The notes below the pieces were generated by a model. It was given only the letters and a program-made list of their open reading frames with translations, was not told the origin of the DNA and did not search any database. From NCBI GenBank assembly GCA_037200965.1, contig JBBCGK010000001.1, forward strand, positions 384,001 through 448,000: a DNA stretch of 64,000 nucleotides. The letters run 5' to 3'. The position numbers and the translations under genes were made by a program. Positions 27,273-37,414 of this stretch are shown here, one piece after another (position 1 is the stretch's first letter; every line of letters begins with the position of its first letter). This DNA comes from a bacterium. Its GTDB lineage: Bacteria > Patescibacteriota > Minisyncoccia > Phycocordibacterales > Phycocordibacteraceae.

Positions 27273-28079
27273 TTACAGTTTTATTCCGAAATACGCTGCC
27301 GTAAGGAACCGCAGAATATTCCATTGGTATGCGACGCGCGTCCATTCGACCGCAAGCGGCATGCTCTTGTCGGAGCCATACCGAAAGCGATTGAAAAGAC
27401 TTTTGAGGACGACCTTGGCTATGGTCGATATCTTGGACACCGCGAGGCGCAGGAACATGCCTGTTTCCCGCGTCGCATAGAGTTTCGCGTCCATGAGCGC
27501 ATAGCGCCGGTTCTTCTCAACATCCTGTCCGCTCGCAACGAAATAGTGCCAGTGCCCCGCGAGATATCCGGCCGGATAGCGGGCTTCGTCGTACGTGATG
27601 CGCTCGTGGATAGCCTTGCGGAAGCGCGCGCCGCTCCCGCGGTTGAAAAAGCGCTTTTGCCAGCCCGGATAGTTCGAAGAATGCCCGATGAGGCGGCCGT
27701 CAAGCACGATGCGGGGCGAGATATTGTAGACGAACGTTTCCGCCGGCTGCCGCGAAGCTATGACGCGGACTTCCGATACCAGTTCCGGCGTCGCTTCCTC
27801 GTCCGAATCGATATAGAAAAACCAGTCATGCGTCGCGGCATCGAGGCACTGGTTTCGCACTCCGGCATAGTCGCGGAGCGTATTATCGGGATTCTTGAAC
27901 TCGGAGTTCTGCGCGATGATATGCGCGCCGCAGGTCCCGGCAATGGCGAGCGTCTCGTCCGTGCTGCTTCCGTCGCAGATAATGATCTCGGCGAAGTCCT
28001 TCACGGACTCGAGCGCCCTCGGCAGGTTCTTTGCCGAGTTATAGGTGAGGATAGCGGCCGTGCAGGGAATCTTTTCCAT
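27273..28079 (-). CDS. family 2 glycosyltransferase
   Basis: AAILTYNSAKNLPRALESV...ICDGSSTDET...YIDSDEE (DXD). The start is chosen at ATG 28079, giving MEKIPC. Confidence 0.7.
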   Translation of the reverse strand: MEKIPCTAAILTYNSAKNLPRALESVKDFAEIIICDGSSTDETLAIAGTCGAHIIAQNSEFKNPDNTLRDYAGVRNQCLDAATHDWFFYIDSDEEATPELVSEVRVIASRQPAETFVYNISPRIVLDGRLIGHSSNYPGWQKRFFNRGSGARFRKAIHERITYDEARYPAGYLAGHWHYFVASGQDVEKNRRYALMDAKLYATRETGMFLRLAVSKISTIAKVVLKSLFNRFRYGSDKSMPLAVEWTRVAYQWNILRFLTAAYFGIKL

Positions 28080-28080
28080 A

Positions 28081-28842
28081 TCAGAATGCTCGCACGATGC
28101 TCCGGTACCACTCGATCGCTTTGGTGGCGCGGAGCGCGAACTGCCAGAACGGCATCGGCCCGGTGATGACATTTCGCTTCAGGGCGAACAGATCGTCTCC
28201 GGGGGCTATAAGCCCCGGCTTTATCGAAAACGCGGCTGTAAAGCCCGCCTTCGCGACCGCGCGGGCGACTTCCGCCGAGTAATGCCCTCCGGGATAGGCG
28301 AAATAGCGGTATCCCTTAGGGTTCGCAATCTCGCGTGAGAGCGTCTCCGCACCGGTCGTCTCGAGCATCGCATGCGTCTTCGAGTGGTGTGCGAGCGTTA
28401 TGAGGCCGCTTGCGGCGAGCTCCGCAAGCTGCGCTTCGCCGAGCATCTTCGCTCCGGGCTTGAGATAGCTCCCCGCCGCCTCCGGCTCTGCGATGAGGAA
28501 TACCGCTGCGGACGCCTGGTACTTCCTGAGGATCGGCAGTGCGTGCGTCAGCAGGTCTTCATATCCGTCGTCGAACGTGACCGCGGCGCACTTGCGCAGC
28601 AAACTCCCTTCCCTTTTGGCATATGCGCTTATCTCGTCAAGCGCCGCGAAATGATACCCGTGCGCCTTGAGAAACCGCAGCTGGCGCTCGAACATTTCCG
28701 GGCTCGTCGAGAGTTCCCAGCCGTCGCTTGAAATCGAGTGATAGCAAAGTACCGATACCTCCCGGAAGTTGAAAAGGAAATCGGCAGCGCTGCGCGCCGC
28801 ATATAAAAAGGCATAGAGGATGTTTTTGATGAAATCTCTCAT
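28081..28842 (-). CDS. polysaccharide deacetylase (NodB/CE4) family protein
   Basis: 253 aa with the NodB motif AAVTFDDGYEDL plus HSKTH. Confidence 0.7.
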   Translation of the reverse strand: MRDFIKNILYAFLYAARSAADFLFNFREVSVLCYHSISSDGWELSTSPEMFERQLRFLKAHGYHFAALDEISAYAKREGSLLRKCAAVTFDDGYEDLLTHALPILRKYQASAAVFLIAEPEAAGSYLKPGAKMLGEAQLAELAASGLITLAHHSKTHAMLETTGAETLSREIANPKGYRYFAYPGGHYSAEVARAVAKAGFTAAFSIKPGLIAPGDDLFALKRNVITGPMPFWQFALRATKAIEWYRSIVRAF

Positions 28843-29630
28843 GCTGGCTCCGCGGCTTCGATGATAAGCATGACGTGCGGGAGGAAGGCTTGATATGGAA
28901 TACCGAATGTCCGCAGTATTCCTTTCATAAGCCGTTTGAAAACGTTCGTGCTCTTCCCTTCCTCCGGACGTATACGCCAGGACCGGGCTTCCGTCTCGGA
29001 AGCCCGGAGCATTCGCCGTACGGCGAAATAGGTGTAGAAATGGAGGCCGTTGTCCTCAAGCGGATTATGCCCCACCAGGCGCACATAGAGTCGGGCAAGC
29101 GGTAGAGGAAGATAGGAGAGACCCCAGAGGCCGGTGTGCGTTTCTTTCGGGTTCAAGCGGTTCGGGAAAGCGAGGTAGAAGACTCCCCCGGGCTTTAGAA
29201 CCCGCCGGATCTCGGAAAGGTAGCGGACGGGATCGTCGACATGCTCGATGACGCTCACGGACAGCACCGCGTCAAACGACGCGTCCGGAAACGGAAGCGT
29301 TCTGCCCTCATAGAATTGGAAATGCGCGGAGGAGCCGGAGGTTTCCGCCTCCGCGCGGGCAATTGCCACGAGCTCGTTTTCTATATCGACGCCTTCGACC
29401 GAAGCTCCGCGCTTCGCAAACGCTATGCCGATGCCGCCGTTTCCCGCCCCGGCGTCGAGCACTCGGAGACCTTCCAAAAGACCGACGCGCCGCTCGAAGT
29501 CGTCCGCGATGCCTTCCGATTGCTTCTCCTTCGTACGCCAGTCCTCGATGATCTTCTCCCGCTCCCCTTTCGAGGCCCGCGGGAAGCGCTTTTCTACATA
29601 CTTTCGCGCAATACGGTCGGTATAGGCCAT
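28839..29630 (-). CDS. class I SAM-dependent methyltransferase
   Basis: 263 aa with motif I (VLDAGAGNGGIG) and a post-I acidic stretch (VDIE...VLKPGGVFYL). ATGA overlap. Confidence 0.7.
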   Translation of the reverse strand: MAYTDRIARKYVEKRFPRASKGEREKIIEDWRTKEKQSEGIADDFERRVGLLEGLRVLDAGAGNGGIGIAFAKRGASVEGVDIENELVAIARAEAETSGSSAHFQFYEGRTLPFPDASFDAVLSVSVIEHVDDPVRYLSEIRRVLKPGGVFYLAFPNRLNPKETHTGLWGLSYLPLPLARLYVRLVGHNPLEDNGLHFYTYFAVRRMLRASETEARSWRIRPEEGKSTNVFKRLMKGILRTFGIPYQAFLPHVMLIIEAAEPA

Positions 29631-29696
29631 TGGCTTTCAGTATGAACTATCCCCTGCCCTCTGGCGACCTTGTTTTGGCCTTATTTGCTTTTTGTA

Positions 29697-30815
29697 CTAC
29701 CGATCCGAAAACAGCTTTTCGTATGCCGTAACGGCCCGCTCGATGGAATAGGCCTCGGCAGAACGGATAGCGGCAGCCTTCATCGCGGAACGGTCGCATA
29801 CGATCATATCCGAAAGACCCCCCGCGGCGGCCTCCGGCGCGTAGCCCTTGATGAACAAGCCGTTCACTCCCTCCTCGATCATCTCGTCGGGACCCGCAGT
29901 CTTGGTCGTAAGGACGGGGAGGCCGCAGGCGAGGGCTTCGGCGTGCGCGATGCCGAAGCCCTCGATAAGCGAAGTGGAGACGAAGAAATCCGCGACGGCG
30001 AAGAAGCGCGGCACGTCCTTGCGATAGCCCGTAAACCGCACGATGTCGTGAAGGCCGATACTCTCCGCGTATGCGCGTATCTTCTTCTCGTGGCTTCCGC
30101 CGCCGACGATGAGCAGGCGGTATTCGGGATTCGAACGGACGAAAAGCTTGAAACCGTCAAGGAGGAGTTTGTGATTCTTCTGCGGGATGACGCGCGAGAC
30201 GTTCAGTATGATCCTGTCTTCCGGAGCGAACCCTGTTTCTCTTCTGGTCTCTCCCGTATCATATCGGTTCATTTCGGCCCGCAGCTTTTCGATATCGATA
30301 CCATTATGAATGACGGCAAACTTCTCCCGAGATATGCCTTCCTGCCATGACGTAAAATCGGCTACGGTTTCCGAGACGGCGACGATACGCTTCGTGAGAT
30401 GCGAGAGCAGGCGGTCGAGGAAGCGTTCTTTCGCCGTCTTTCCGACGTATGTGTTGTGCTCGACGACGAACACGCGGTATCCGAAGAACGGCTTCAGGAG
30501 CCGCATGATCGTATTGCTAAAAAAGAGGTTCGCGAGAACCACATCCGGATTTATAGCGCGCAGCAGCCGATACAGTTCCCGCCACGCCCTCCAGTCGCGG
30601 ATGCCCGTAAAATGAAGTTTGTGGAGTTCGGTTCCTTCGGGAAGCGCGTCATAGAGATATTCGCGCTCGTCCTCGCCGAAGGTGAACAGCGTGAGGAGAA
30701 CGGGTTCGAAGCGGCTTCGATCGATGCGCGCGAGAAGATCGGCGATGAGCTTCTGCGCTCCGCCGATCAGGAAGTCGTTTATGACGATGAGCGCCTTGAT
30801 CCGCTTCTCCGGCAT
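29697..30815 (-). CDS. GT4-family glycosyltransferase
   Basis: A GT-B fold with the EX7E-like region LIEGFGIAHAEALACGLPVLTT. The start is chosen at ATG 30815 (MPEKRIKALIV) to avoid overlap with the upstream gene. Confidence 0.75.
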   Translation of the reverse strand: MPEKRIKALIVINDFLIGGAQKLIADLLARIDRSRFEPVLLTLFTFGEDEREYLYDALPEGTELHKLHFTGIRDWRAWRELYRLLRAINPDVVLANLFFSNTIMRLLKPFFGYRVFVVEHNTYVGKTAKERFLDRLLSHLTKRIVAVSETVADFTSWQEGISREKFAVIHNGIDIEKLRAEMNRYDTGETRRETGFAPEDRIILNVSRVIPQKNHKLLLDGFKLFVRSNPEYRLLIVGGGSHEKKIRAYAESIGLHDIVRFTGYRKDVPRFFAVADFFVSTSLIEGFGIAHAEALACGLPVLTTKTAGPDEMIEEGVNGLFIKGYAPEAAAGGLSDMIVCDRSAMKAAAIRSAEAYSIERAVTAYEKLFSDR

Positions 30816-30817
30816 GG

Positions 30818-31450
30818 CTAGGGCGCGCGCATCTTGAAAATGAACCCGAGCGGATAGCGTTCGCGTATCCCGGGGCGAAGCCGGAGGAATAGAGCATCCA
30901 GAAGCGCATACGGGAGGTACAGGGGCGGCCGGAGGAAACACGGCACCGAAAGCACGAGTGCGTTGAAATTCGACGTGAACGGGCCGCCGCCGATCGATCG
31001 TATCTCGAGCGAGGCGAATTCCGCCTCGCCAAACATCCGCGCGAGCGCTTCCTTGGTATAACGGAAATAATCGTGCGGGTCGGGATGGTACTGGATGAGA
31101 AACGGGACGAAGCCTATAAGCGTGCCGCCGGGCTTGAGGATCCGGCGCATCTCTTGTATGAGGAACCGATAGTTATAAACATGCTCGAGCACGTTCGCGC
31201 AGAGCACCGTATCGACGCTCGCGTCGGGAAACGGCAAGGCGTCCCGTTCGAAGTCGATGCCGGACATGGAACCGTCGACCGGGGTAACGCCCGTTACGCC
31301 GGATATATCAAAATATTCGAAGTAATCGGGCTTGTGCCCGCCGCCGACATCCACAACCGCGCCCGTAAGGGGCCGGCCTTCAAAACCCTGGTTCATGCGG
31401 ATGCGCAGCAAACTCTGTCCGGCATAAAGCTTTTTGAGCGTGAATATCAT
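30818..31450 (-). CDS. class I SAM-dependent methyltransferase
   Basis: 210 aa: VVDVGGGHK...LCANVLEHV...LKPGGTLIGF. Confidence 0.7.
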   Translation of the reverse strand: MIFTLKKLYAGQSLLRIRMNQGFEGRPLTGAVVDVGGGHKPDYFEYFDISGVTGVTPVDGSMSGIDFERDALPFPDASVDTVLCANVLEHVYNYRFLIQEMRRILKPGGTLIGFVPFLIQYHPDPHDYFRYTKEALARMFGEAEFASLEIRSIGGGPFTSNFNALVLSVPCFLRPPLYLPYALLDALFLRLRPGIRERYPLGFIFKMRAP

Positions 31451-32481
31451 GTTCGGTTCAGTTCTACCACGAGACGGTCCATAAGCGTTGCGAGGCCGTG
31501 CTCCCGCACGACGACGGCCCGCTCGAGGCTGCCGAGCGCGCGGTATTCCTCGCCCGAGAGCTTAAAAAGCTTCAGAATGGCTTCCGCGAGCGCCTTGGGA
31601 TCGTTCTCGGACACGATCCACTCGGCGGGCACGATGCCTTCGAACGCCGCGCTCGTAACCACGACCGGCGTCTCGCACGCCATGGATTCGAACGCTGTTT
31701 TGTCGAAGTACCCGTTCGCAGCGAGATTCAAGGCAACCCCGTGCGCGCTATAGAGGTTCGGCGTCTCCTCGTTCCGGCGCGGTCCGAGAAACGCGAGAGC
31801 GTTCGCTTCGACGAGGTCGGCAAAGTCGGCGCGAAGCTTCTCGCCATATGCGGGATCGAGTTCCGGACCAACGAACGTGAGAACGGCCGCCGTGCCGCTT
31901 GAACGGAGAATTCTGAGCGCTTCAAGCGCGATATGCGCGCGCTTGCTCGGCATGATGCGGCCCTGCATATAGAGCGCATAGCGGTTCTTCGAGACCGGAC
32001 GCGGCGCGAAAAGCTCCGTGTCGATGCCAACCGGCATCCGCCGGGCCTTTCCCAGAAGCGCGGGCGCGGCGTAGGGCGACGTATAGAACACCTTCCGCGC
32101 AAGAAACGCGGCGAGCTTGAAGCGCGCGTCGCGCTGCGGATGGTTGTACCAGAGAGCCGCGTGTTTCCTGAATACCCGCCAGAACAGTCCGCCGAGAATC
32201 ATATATTCGGGATTCATGTGCACGAAGACCGTATCGTAGCGGCCGCGCAGCTTCCATATGAGCATTTTGAAGCGGTATGCATACGCAAGGCGGCTTCGCG
32301 CGCCCTGTTCTTTTCCGAGAGAACATACCCGCACGTTGTCCGGAAGCGCGTGCGCTCCTTCACGCAGACAGATCACCTCGATGCTTTCGCATCTTCCCGC
32401 GAGTTCTTCAAGCCAATGATGGAAGAAGCCGAGCACCGGATCCTCGCGGTCGACCGTTTGCGTGGCGATAAGGAGTTTCAT
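31447..32481 (-). CDS. GT4-family glycosyltransferase
   Basis: 344 aa, GT-B fold; ATGA overlaps on both sides. Confidence 0.7.
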   Translation of the reverse strand: MKLLIATQTVDREDPVLGFFHHWLEELAGRCESIEVICLREGAHALPDNVRVCSLGKEQGARSRLAYAYRFKMLIWKLRGRYDTVFVHMNPEYMILGGLFWRVFRKHAALWYNHPQRDARFKLAAFLARKVFYTSPYAAPALLGKARRMPVGIDTELFAPRPVSKNRYALYMQGRIMPSKRAHIALEALRILRSSGTAAVLTFVGPELDPAYGEKLRADFADLVEANALAFLGPRRNEETPNLYSAHGVALNLAANGYFDKTAFESMACETPVVVTSAAFEGIVPAEWIVSENDPKALAEAILKLFKLSGEEYRALGSLERAVVVREHGLATLMDRLVVELNRT

Positions 32482-33614
32482 GAGAGCGTGCGGGCGAGGT
32501 CGTTTGCTATGAGTGTCGGCTGGTCCGTGTACGCGGCAAGATGTTCCCTGGCGGCGACTTCGGCGCTCCGCACCATGAGTTGCCTGGCTTGCGCGTCCTC
32601 TATCATGCCGACCATGGCTATCGAAAGCGCTGCGGGATCGGCGACCGGCACCGAAAGTACGTCGCGATATCCCCGGAACACTTCCCCGACGATGCCGACA
32701 TCGGTCGTGATGATCGGCACCCGGGCGAGCGCGGCTTCGATGAGCGTAAGGCCGTAACCTTCATACGCGCTCGCTTGTATAAACGCTTGCGCGCTTTGCA
32801 GAAGACCCCGGGCGTCGGCGCGTTCGCCAAGGAAGAGCACGTGCTTTTCAAGGCCCCATTTATGCACGTACCGCTCGAGCTTGCGGCGCTCGCGTCCCCT
32901 GCCGACAAGCATGACGCCCGCTTGCGGATACTGCCCGTGCACGCGCGCAAGCGCGTCTATTATGTCTTCTATGCGCTTTTCGGGCTCAAGACGCCCGATC
33001 GCCACGAATGTGAACTTAAAGTCGTGCGGCGGAAGTGGTACCGGGGCGGATATCTCAAGCGGCGTCGCGATCGGAATAACGGTAGGCTCCTTGATGCGCG
33101 TGCCGTAGCGGAGCGTAAGCGAGTCCTTGATGCGCTTTGAGACCGCACGGATGCCGTCGGCTTTGGGAAGTACCTGGTCGGCAAAGCGGAGGCGGAAACG
33201 GTTCAAAAACGGCATGCGAACTTTGAGCGAGTGGAGGTTACCGTTTCTCGTAAACCAGGGGGAAAGGAAGTCGGTATGTATCTGTATATAAAGTTTCGCG
33301 TTCGTGCCTTTCACCGCCCAGAGCGCGATAAGGCCGTACTCGAACGGATCCTGCGCGGCAACGACATCGATGTTATAGGCAGTGATAAGCGCCCGGACTT
33401 TGGGCGGAAGAAACGCGAGTATAAGAAGTCGGGGCGTCCGGACCGGATGCAGGAAGAGCGTACCTTCCTGCTCTTCGCGCGCGCCCCGGGCGGCCCGGGA
33501 AATGATGTGCAGCTCGCCGCCCTTGATCGCGGCTGCATACGCGCGCATGCGCGCCCTCGAAGCGCTTCCGGGATTGAAAATCGATGGATCGTTCGAGACG
33601 AAAAGGACGTTCAT
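32478..33614 (-). CDS. GT4-family glycosyltransferase
   Basis: 378 aa; C-terminal domain signature ...ASAYEGYGLTLIEAALARVPIITTDVG. Confidence 0.75.
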   Translation of the reverse strand: MNVLFVSNDPSIFNPGSASRARMRAYAAAIKGGELHIISRAARGAREEQEGTLFLHPVRTPRLLILAFLPPKVRALITAYNIDVVAAQDPFEYGLIALWAVKGTNAKLYIQIHTDFLSPWFTRNGNLHSLKVRMPFLNRFRLRFADQVLPKADGIRAVSKRIKDSLTLRYGTRIKEPTVIPIATPLEISAPVPLPPHDFKFTFVAIGRLEPEKRIEDIIDALARVHGQYPQAGVMLVGRGRERRKLERYVHKWGLEKHVLFLGERADARGLLQSAQAFIQASAYEGYGLTLIEAALARVPIITTDVGIVGEVFRGYRDVLSVPVADPAALSIAMVGMIEDAQARQLMVRSAEVAAREHLAAYTDQPTLIANDLARTLS

Positions 33615-34708
33615 ACGAGGGATTTTAGAAATGTGGCGGTTCTAGGAATCAGAGCCTCGACGGAAAAGCGTTTCGCGGATTCGCGCGCTTCCCGCGAAAG
33701 GCGCGCAGCAAGCTCCTTGTCGGAAAGAATGCGCCTGAGGGCTTCGACAAGCGCATCCGCATCGCCCGGCGGCGCGAGAAGCCCGTTCTCTCCGTTGCGT
33801 ATGAGTTCGCCGTTTCCGCCGACATCGGTCGTGACGACCGGAACGCCGAGCGCGAGCGCTTCGATAAGCAGATGCGAGAGGCCTTCGTATGAGGTATTGA
33901 GCACGAACGCGTCCGCGCTTTCCATGACCGTAAGCGTATCGGCGTGCGAGAGCCGTCCTGTAAGCACTGCCCGACTCCCGAGTTTCTTCGCGTGCGTCCC
34001 GATGTTCGCGTGTTCGGGCCCGTCGCCGACGATCGCGAGCGATACGCTCGGAACCGACTCCGATACCGCTGCGACCGCGTCTATCGTGCCTAGCATCCCC
34101 TTCCACGGTACCAGGCGGCCGACGGATACGACAAGAGGCCGCGAAAGCGCGGCCACCGATTCGTGCACCCTGCCCGGTTTTTCTGACTGCATGGCGTTAT
34201 AGATAACTTCGATTTTCTCTGCGGGGATGCCCCAAATCGCTGTAACGTCCTTGAGGTATGTGCTCGGGACGATCACGCGGACCGCGTTTTTCGCGACCCT
34301 GGTTTGGATCCATCTAAGTGCGCCAACTGGGAATGGAACCGTCTTCGTCCGGACGAACGTATCCAAATCGGCCACGATTCCAAACCGCTGCCTCCCCTGC
34401 TCCCAGGCATAGTCGCCGACGATCTTTACGACAAACGGCTTCCCCGCCCGTTTCGCGGCCTTCATCGCCGGAAAGCCGACCGAGACCGGGTCAAGCGCGA
34501 GTATCGCGTCCGCTTCCCGCGCTGCCTTAAGAACGCGGCGATAGTAGGCGAAATGCCGGATAAGCTTCGGCAGATGCCGTACATCCGAGAACTTCACCAC
34601 CTCGACCTCGATTCCCTGTCCAGGAAAGCCCTCGACAAGGAGTTTGGCGTAGGTAGCTGGCCCCCCGGACTCGGGCGGGTATAAAGGAGTCGCTATGACG
34701 AGCCGCAT
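33611..34708 (-). CDS. GT4-family glycosyltransferase
   Basis: 365 aa; ...TSYEGLSHLLIEALALGVPVVTTDVGG. Confidence 0.75.
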   Translation of the reverse strand: MRLVIATPLYPPESGGPATYAKLLVEGFPGQGIEVEVVKFSDVRHLPKLIRHFAYYRRVLKAAREADAILALDPVSVGFPAMKAAKRAGKPFVVKIVGDYAWEQGRQRFGIVADLDTFVRTKTVPFPVGALRWIQTRVAKNAVRVIVPSTYLKDVTAIWGIPAEKIEVIYNAMQSEKPGRVHESVAALSRPLVVSVGRLVPWKGMLGTIDAVAAVSESVPSVSLAIVGDGPEHANIGTHAKKLGSRAVLTGRLSHADTLTVMESADAFVLNTSYEGLSHLLIEALALGVPVVTTDVGGNGELIRNGENGLLAPPGDADALVEALRRILSDKELAARLSREARESAKRFSVEALIPRTATFLKSLV

Positions 34709-34717
34709 GGGGCCATT

Positions 34718-35929
34718 CTAGCGGCTTTCAAGCATCCCGTCGAAGAGCGCTTTCATGTTCTGCGCGATGAGGTCCCAATCGTACTTCTCAAAGGCGAGGG
34801 CTTTTGCCGTCGAGAGGACTTCTTTTACCTTGTCTGGCCGCGAGAGTATATCTTTCACCGCAAGCGCAATCTGCTCCGGGTTGTTCTTATCGACCGCCCA
34901 CCCGGTCGTCGGCTTATCGGGATTGCGCTTTTCGTCGAACAGGAAGTCCCCGATGCCGCCTTCCTGCGTCGCTATTACCGGAAGCTCCGCCGCCATCGCT
35001 TCGACGAACGAGTTGCCCATGCCTTCCGAACGCGACGGCCTGATGAAAATATCGCACGCCTTGAGCGCGAGCGGCATTTCCGCATGGCCAATCTGTCCGA
35101 GGAAATGCGTACGTTCCCCGACGCCGGTAGTTTCTGCGAGTTTCTTGAGGACTTCTTCGTCAGGACCGATTCCGTAGATTATAAAATGCAGGTTCTCCGG
35201 GAGAAGCGCGAGTGCGCGTATGACGTCGTCTAGGGCGTTCTTGTGCACCAGCCTTGAGGTCGTGACCAGAAATATGTCGCCCGGTTTCTTGCCAAGCTTC
35301 TCACGCATTGCCTGTAATTCGCCAGCTGGATATAGATGCGAAAAATGTGCGGCATTCACCGCGTTTGGAATAACCTCCGCGGGGCCTTTAAAGCCCATAC
35401 GCCTGCCCCATGTCAGCAGGAAGTTTGAGATGGGTTGGAGCACGTCCGCCTTCGTGAAGCCCCACCTAAAAAGCGGCCATACGGGCCTCGCGATCTTCTC
35501 GATGTGCTCTGGCGGGTCCCCTTCCTGAAGCGTCAGGAGATATTTCACTTCGGGATGAAATGTCTTGAAGAGTCCGGCGGGAATACCGGTCGCATGTGCC
35601 ATCATCGCCCAGACGCCGTCAAAGTGGTGCGCTCGATGAAGCTTGAGCGCTGCGAAGAAAGCTCCAAACTGATACCAATGTTTGAGATAGTGGAGTGGAT
35701 ACCGTTTCAAGTCGTTCATCGATGGATTCAGACGCGCAGCACCGATACGGTGCACGACGACGTTCCTTATACGTTCTGTTCTCGGCAAGCCAGAGTCGAC
35801 ACGCAGTGTCAGCACATGAAACTCGAGTTGTTCGGGATCGATACGATCCGTTATTTCCTTGATAGCGACTTCCGCCCCACCTATGAATCGAGGATAGTAA
35901 TTAAGAGAAAATATGAGGATTTTCCTCAT
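34718..35929 (-). CDS. GT4-family glycosyltransferase
   Basis: About 403 aa; ...RPSRSEGMGNSFVEAMAAELPVIAT. The start is chosen at ATG 35929 (MRKILIFSLNYYPRFIGGAEV), in an ATGA overlap with the upstream ORF stop. Confidence 0.75.
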   Translation of the reverse strand: MRKILIFSLNYYPRFIGGAEVAIKEITDRIDPEQLEFHVLTLRVDSGLPRTERIRNVVVHRIGAARLNPSMNDLKRYPLHYLKHWYQFGAFFAALKLHRAHHFDGVWAMMAHATGIPAGLFKTFHPEVKYLLTLQEGDPPEHIEKIARPVWPLFRWGFTKADVLQPISNFLLTWGRRMGFKGPAEVIPNAVNAAHFSHLYPAGELQAMREKLGKKPGDIFLVTTSRLVHKNALDDVIRALALLPENLHFIIYGIGPDEEVLKKLAETTGVGERTHFLGQIGHAEMPLALKACDIFIRPSRSEGMGNSFVEAMAAELPVIATQEGGIGDFLFDEKRNPDKPTTGWAVDKNNPEQIALAVKDILSRPDKVKEVLSTAKALAFEKYDWDLIAQNMKALFDGMLESR

Positions 35930-37371
35930 AGCGATGTGTGCGCAGCCCTTTGGAGTATTTGCGAGTATGCGAAGCGCATTGCATTCGCGAACGAGTCGCC
36001 CGAGCCAAGTAACCTTTGTGCCCGCATGCGCGAGGCAAGCGAAGCGAGACGCCTGCCCTGCTCCGCATTTGAAGCATAAACCTGATCGGCGGCGCCAATG
36101 AACATACGCAGGAAAAGGCGGACATACCAAGATATATCCTGATCGGCGAGCGTGATGAGAAGCGGTACTGGCGACTCCTTACGAACTGAGAGGGCCGCAA
36201 GCGCGCCGTAACTTGCCATGAGTGACCATGAAAACAGGTACCGATGTTCTCGCACGAGCCTTTTCCCCGTACGCGCACCCAGAAACGGAAGAAGGTATTT
36301 ATCGAAGGAGTTTCCAAAACCGATACGATGGATAGTCGCGTTCGGCACCGGACAAACCGCATGGCGCGCATGCGAAACGTAATGCGTTGTAACGATATCG
36401 AAATGCAGCTCTGGCATCTGACGCATGAGCTCGCAAAGCGCGTCTTCAGCGGGTCCCGAGACCGGATGAAACGTCGTCGTAAAGACGAGCACGCGTTTTT
36501 CAGGTTCCGCGGCAGCATTCGTCCGCACCGTTTCCTTTCGTACGTATTCCTTAAGTGCACGAGAAGGACTCCACCCGAGCGAGCGCGTCTTGCCTGTATC
36601 AATGTCCGCCTGCGCGCGGTTGCCAGCGCGTTCCGGAAGCATGATGAGCGTACTGCTATAGAGCTTCGCGAGGTCGAGGATGGATATGCGGTCGTCGCTC
36701 CCGATCCCGTATCCGTCGCCATTTCCTTTCTCGCCGACAAGTATGAGGCCGTCGACAATATCTTCGACATGCGTGAAAATACGTTCCTGCGTTCCGGGAG
36801 CGACGACCGTGAGCGGCAAACCGCGTATGGCCTGCTGGCGGAATATTTCAACGACGGTGCCGTACGCATCCCCGCGCTCGCCGGGACCGTATACGTTATA
36901 GAAATAGGCGATCGCGTAGGAAAGCTCAAACCAAGTTCCGTAGTTGACGATCAGCTCCGTCATACTCGCCTTTGACCAGGCGTAAGGACTTTGGTCACGT
37001 CCGAGACCACTATCACCGAACTTGGTGGAACTGCCAGCATAGACCAGTTTTGCGCGGCGGCGGCGTACAAATTCGAGTACGGCAAACGTGCCGAACTGAT
37101 TCAAGTCCCAAACTTGCTCAATATCTTCAAAGCTTTTCTCGACACGGGAGTATTCCCCAAGATGATAGACAATGTCCGGAGTCTCGGGAATGAGCTTTTC
37201 TATATCCTTCGTATGTCCCTCCCTATAGTCGACGCCTGGAACATGATTCTCGCGGGAACCCGTAAAATAATTGTCGAGAGAAATGACCTTGTGCCCGTCC
37301 TTTATGAGCCGTTCGCACAGGTGTGAGCCGATAAAGCCCGCACCGCCGGTCACGAGGATAGTCTTTTGCAT
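35926..37371 (-). CDS. NAD-dependent epimerase/dehydratase (SDR, UDP-sugar 4-epimerase/decarboxylase-like) fused to a C-terminal GT-B N-terminal-half-like domain
   Basis: The N-terminus is ILVTGGAGFIGSHL...YAWSK (YxxxK). The C-terminal ~190 aa (VLVFTTTFHPVSGPAEDALCELMRQMPELHFDIVTT...) resembles a Glyco_trans_4 N-terminal domain with no catalytic C-terminal domain. Confidence 0.6.
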   Translation of the reverse strand: MQKTILVTGGAGFIGSHLCERLIKDGHKVISLDNYFTGSRENHVPGVDYREGHTKDIEKLIPETPDIVYHLGEYSRVEKSFEDIEQVWDLNQFGTFAVLEFVRRRRAKLVYAGSSTKFGDSGLGRDQSPYAWSKASMTELIVNYGTWFELSYAIAYFYNVYGPGERGDAYGTVVEIFRQQAIRGLPLTVVAPGTQERIFTHVEDIVDGLILVGEKGNGDGYGIGSDDRISILDLAKLYSSTLIMLPERAGNRAQADIDTGKTRSLGWSPSRALKEYVRKETVRTNAAAEPEKRVLVFTTTFHPVSGPAEDALCELMRQMPELHFDIVTTHYVSHARHAVCPVPNATIHRIGFGNSFDKYLLPFLGARTGKRLVREHRYLFSWSLMASYGALAALSVRKESPVPLLITLADQDISWYVRLFLRMFIGAADQVYASNAEQGRRLASLASRMRAQRLLGSGDSFANAMRFAYSQILQRAAHTSL

Positions 37372-37414
37372 GCCTTGAGGATAAGGGTTTCGTGAAGGAA
37401 TACAAGGCGAAAGC

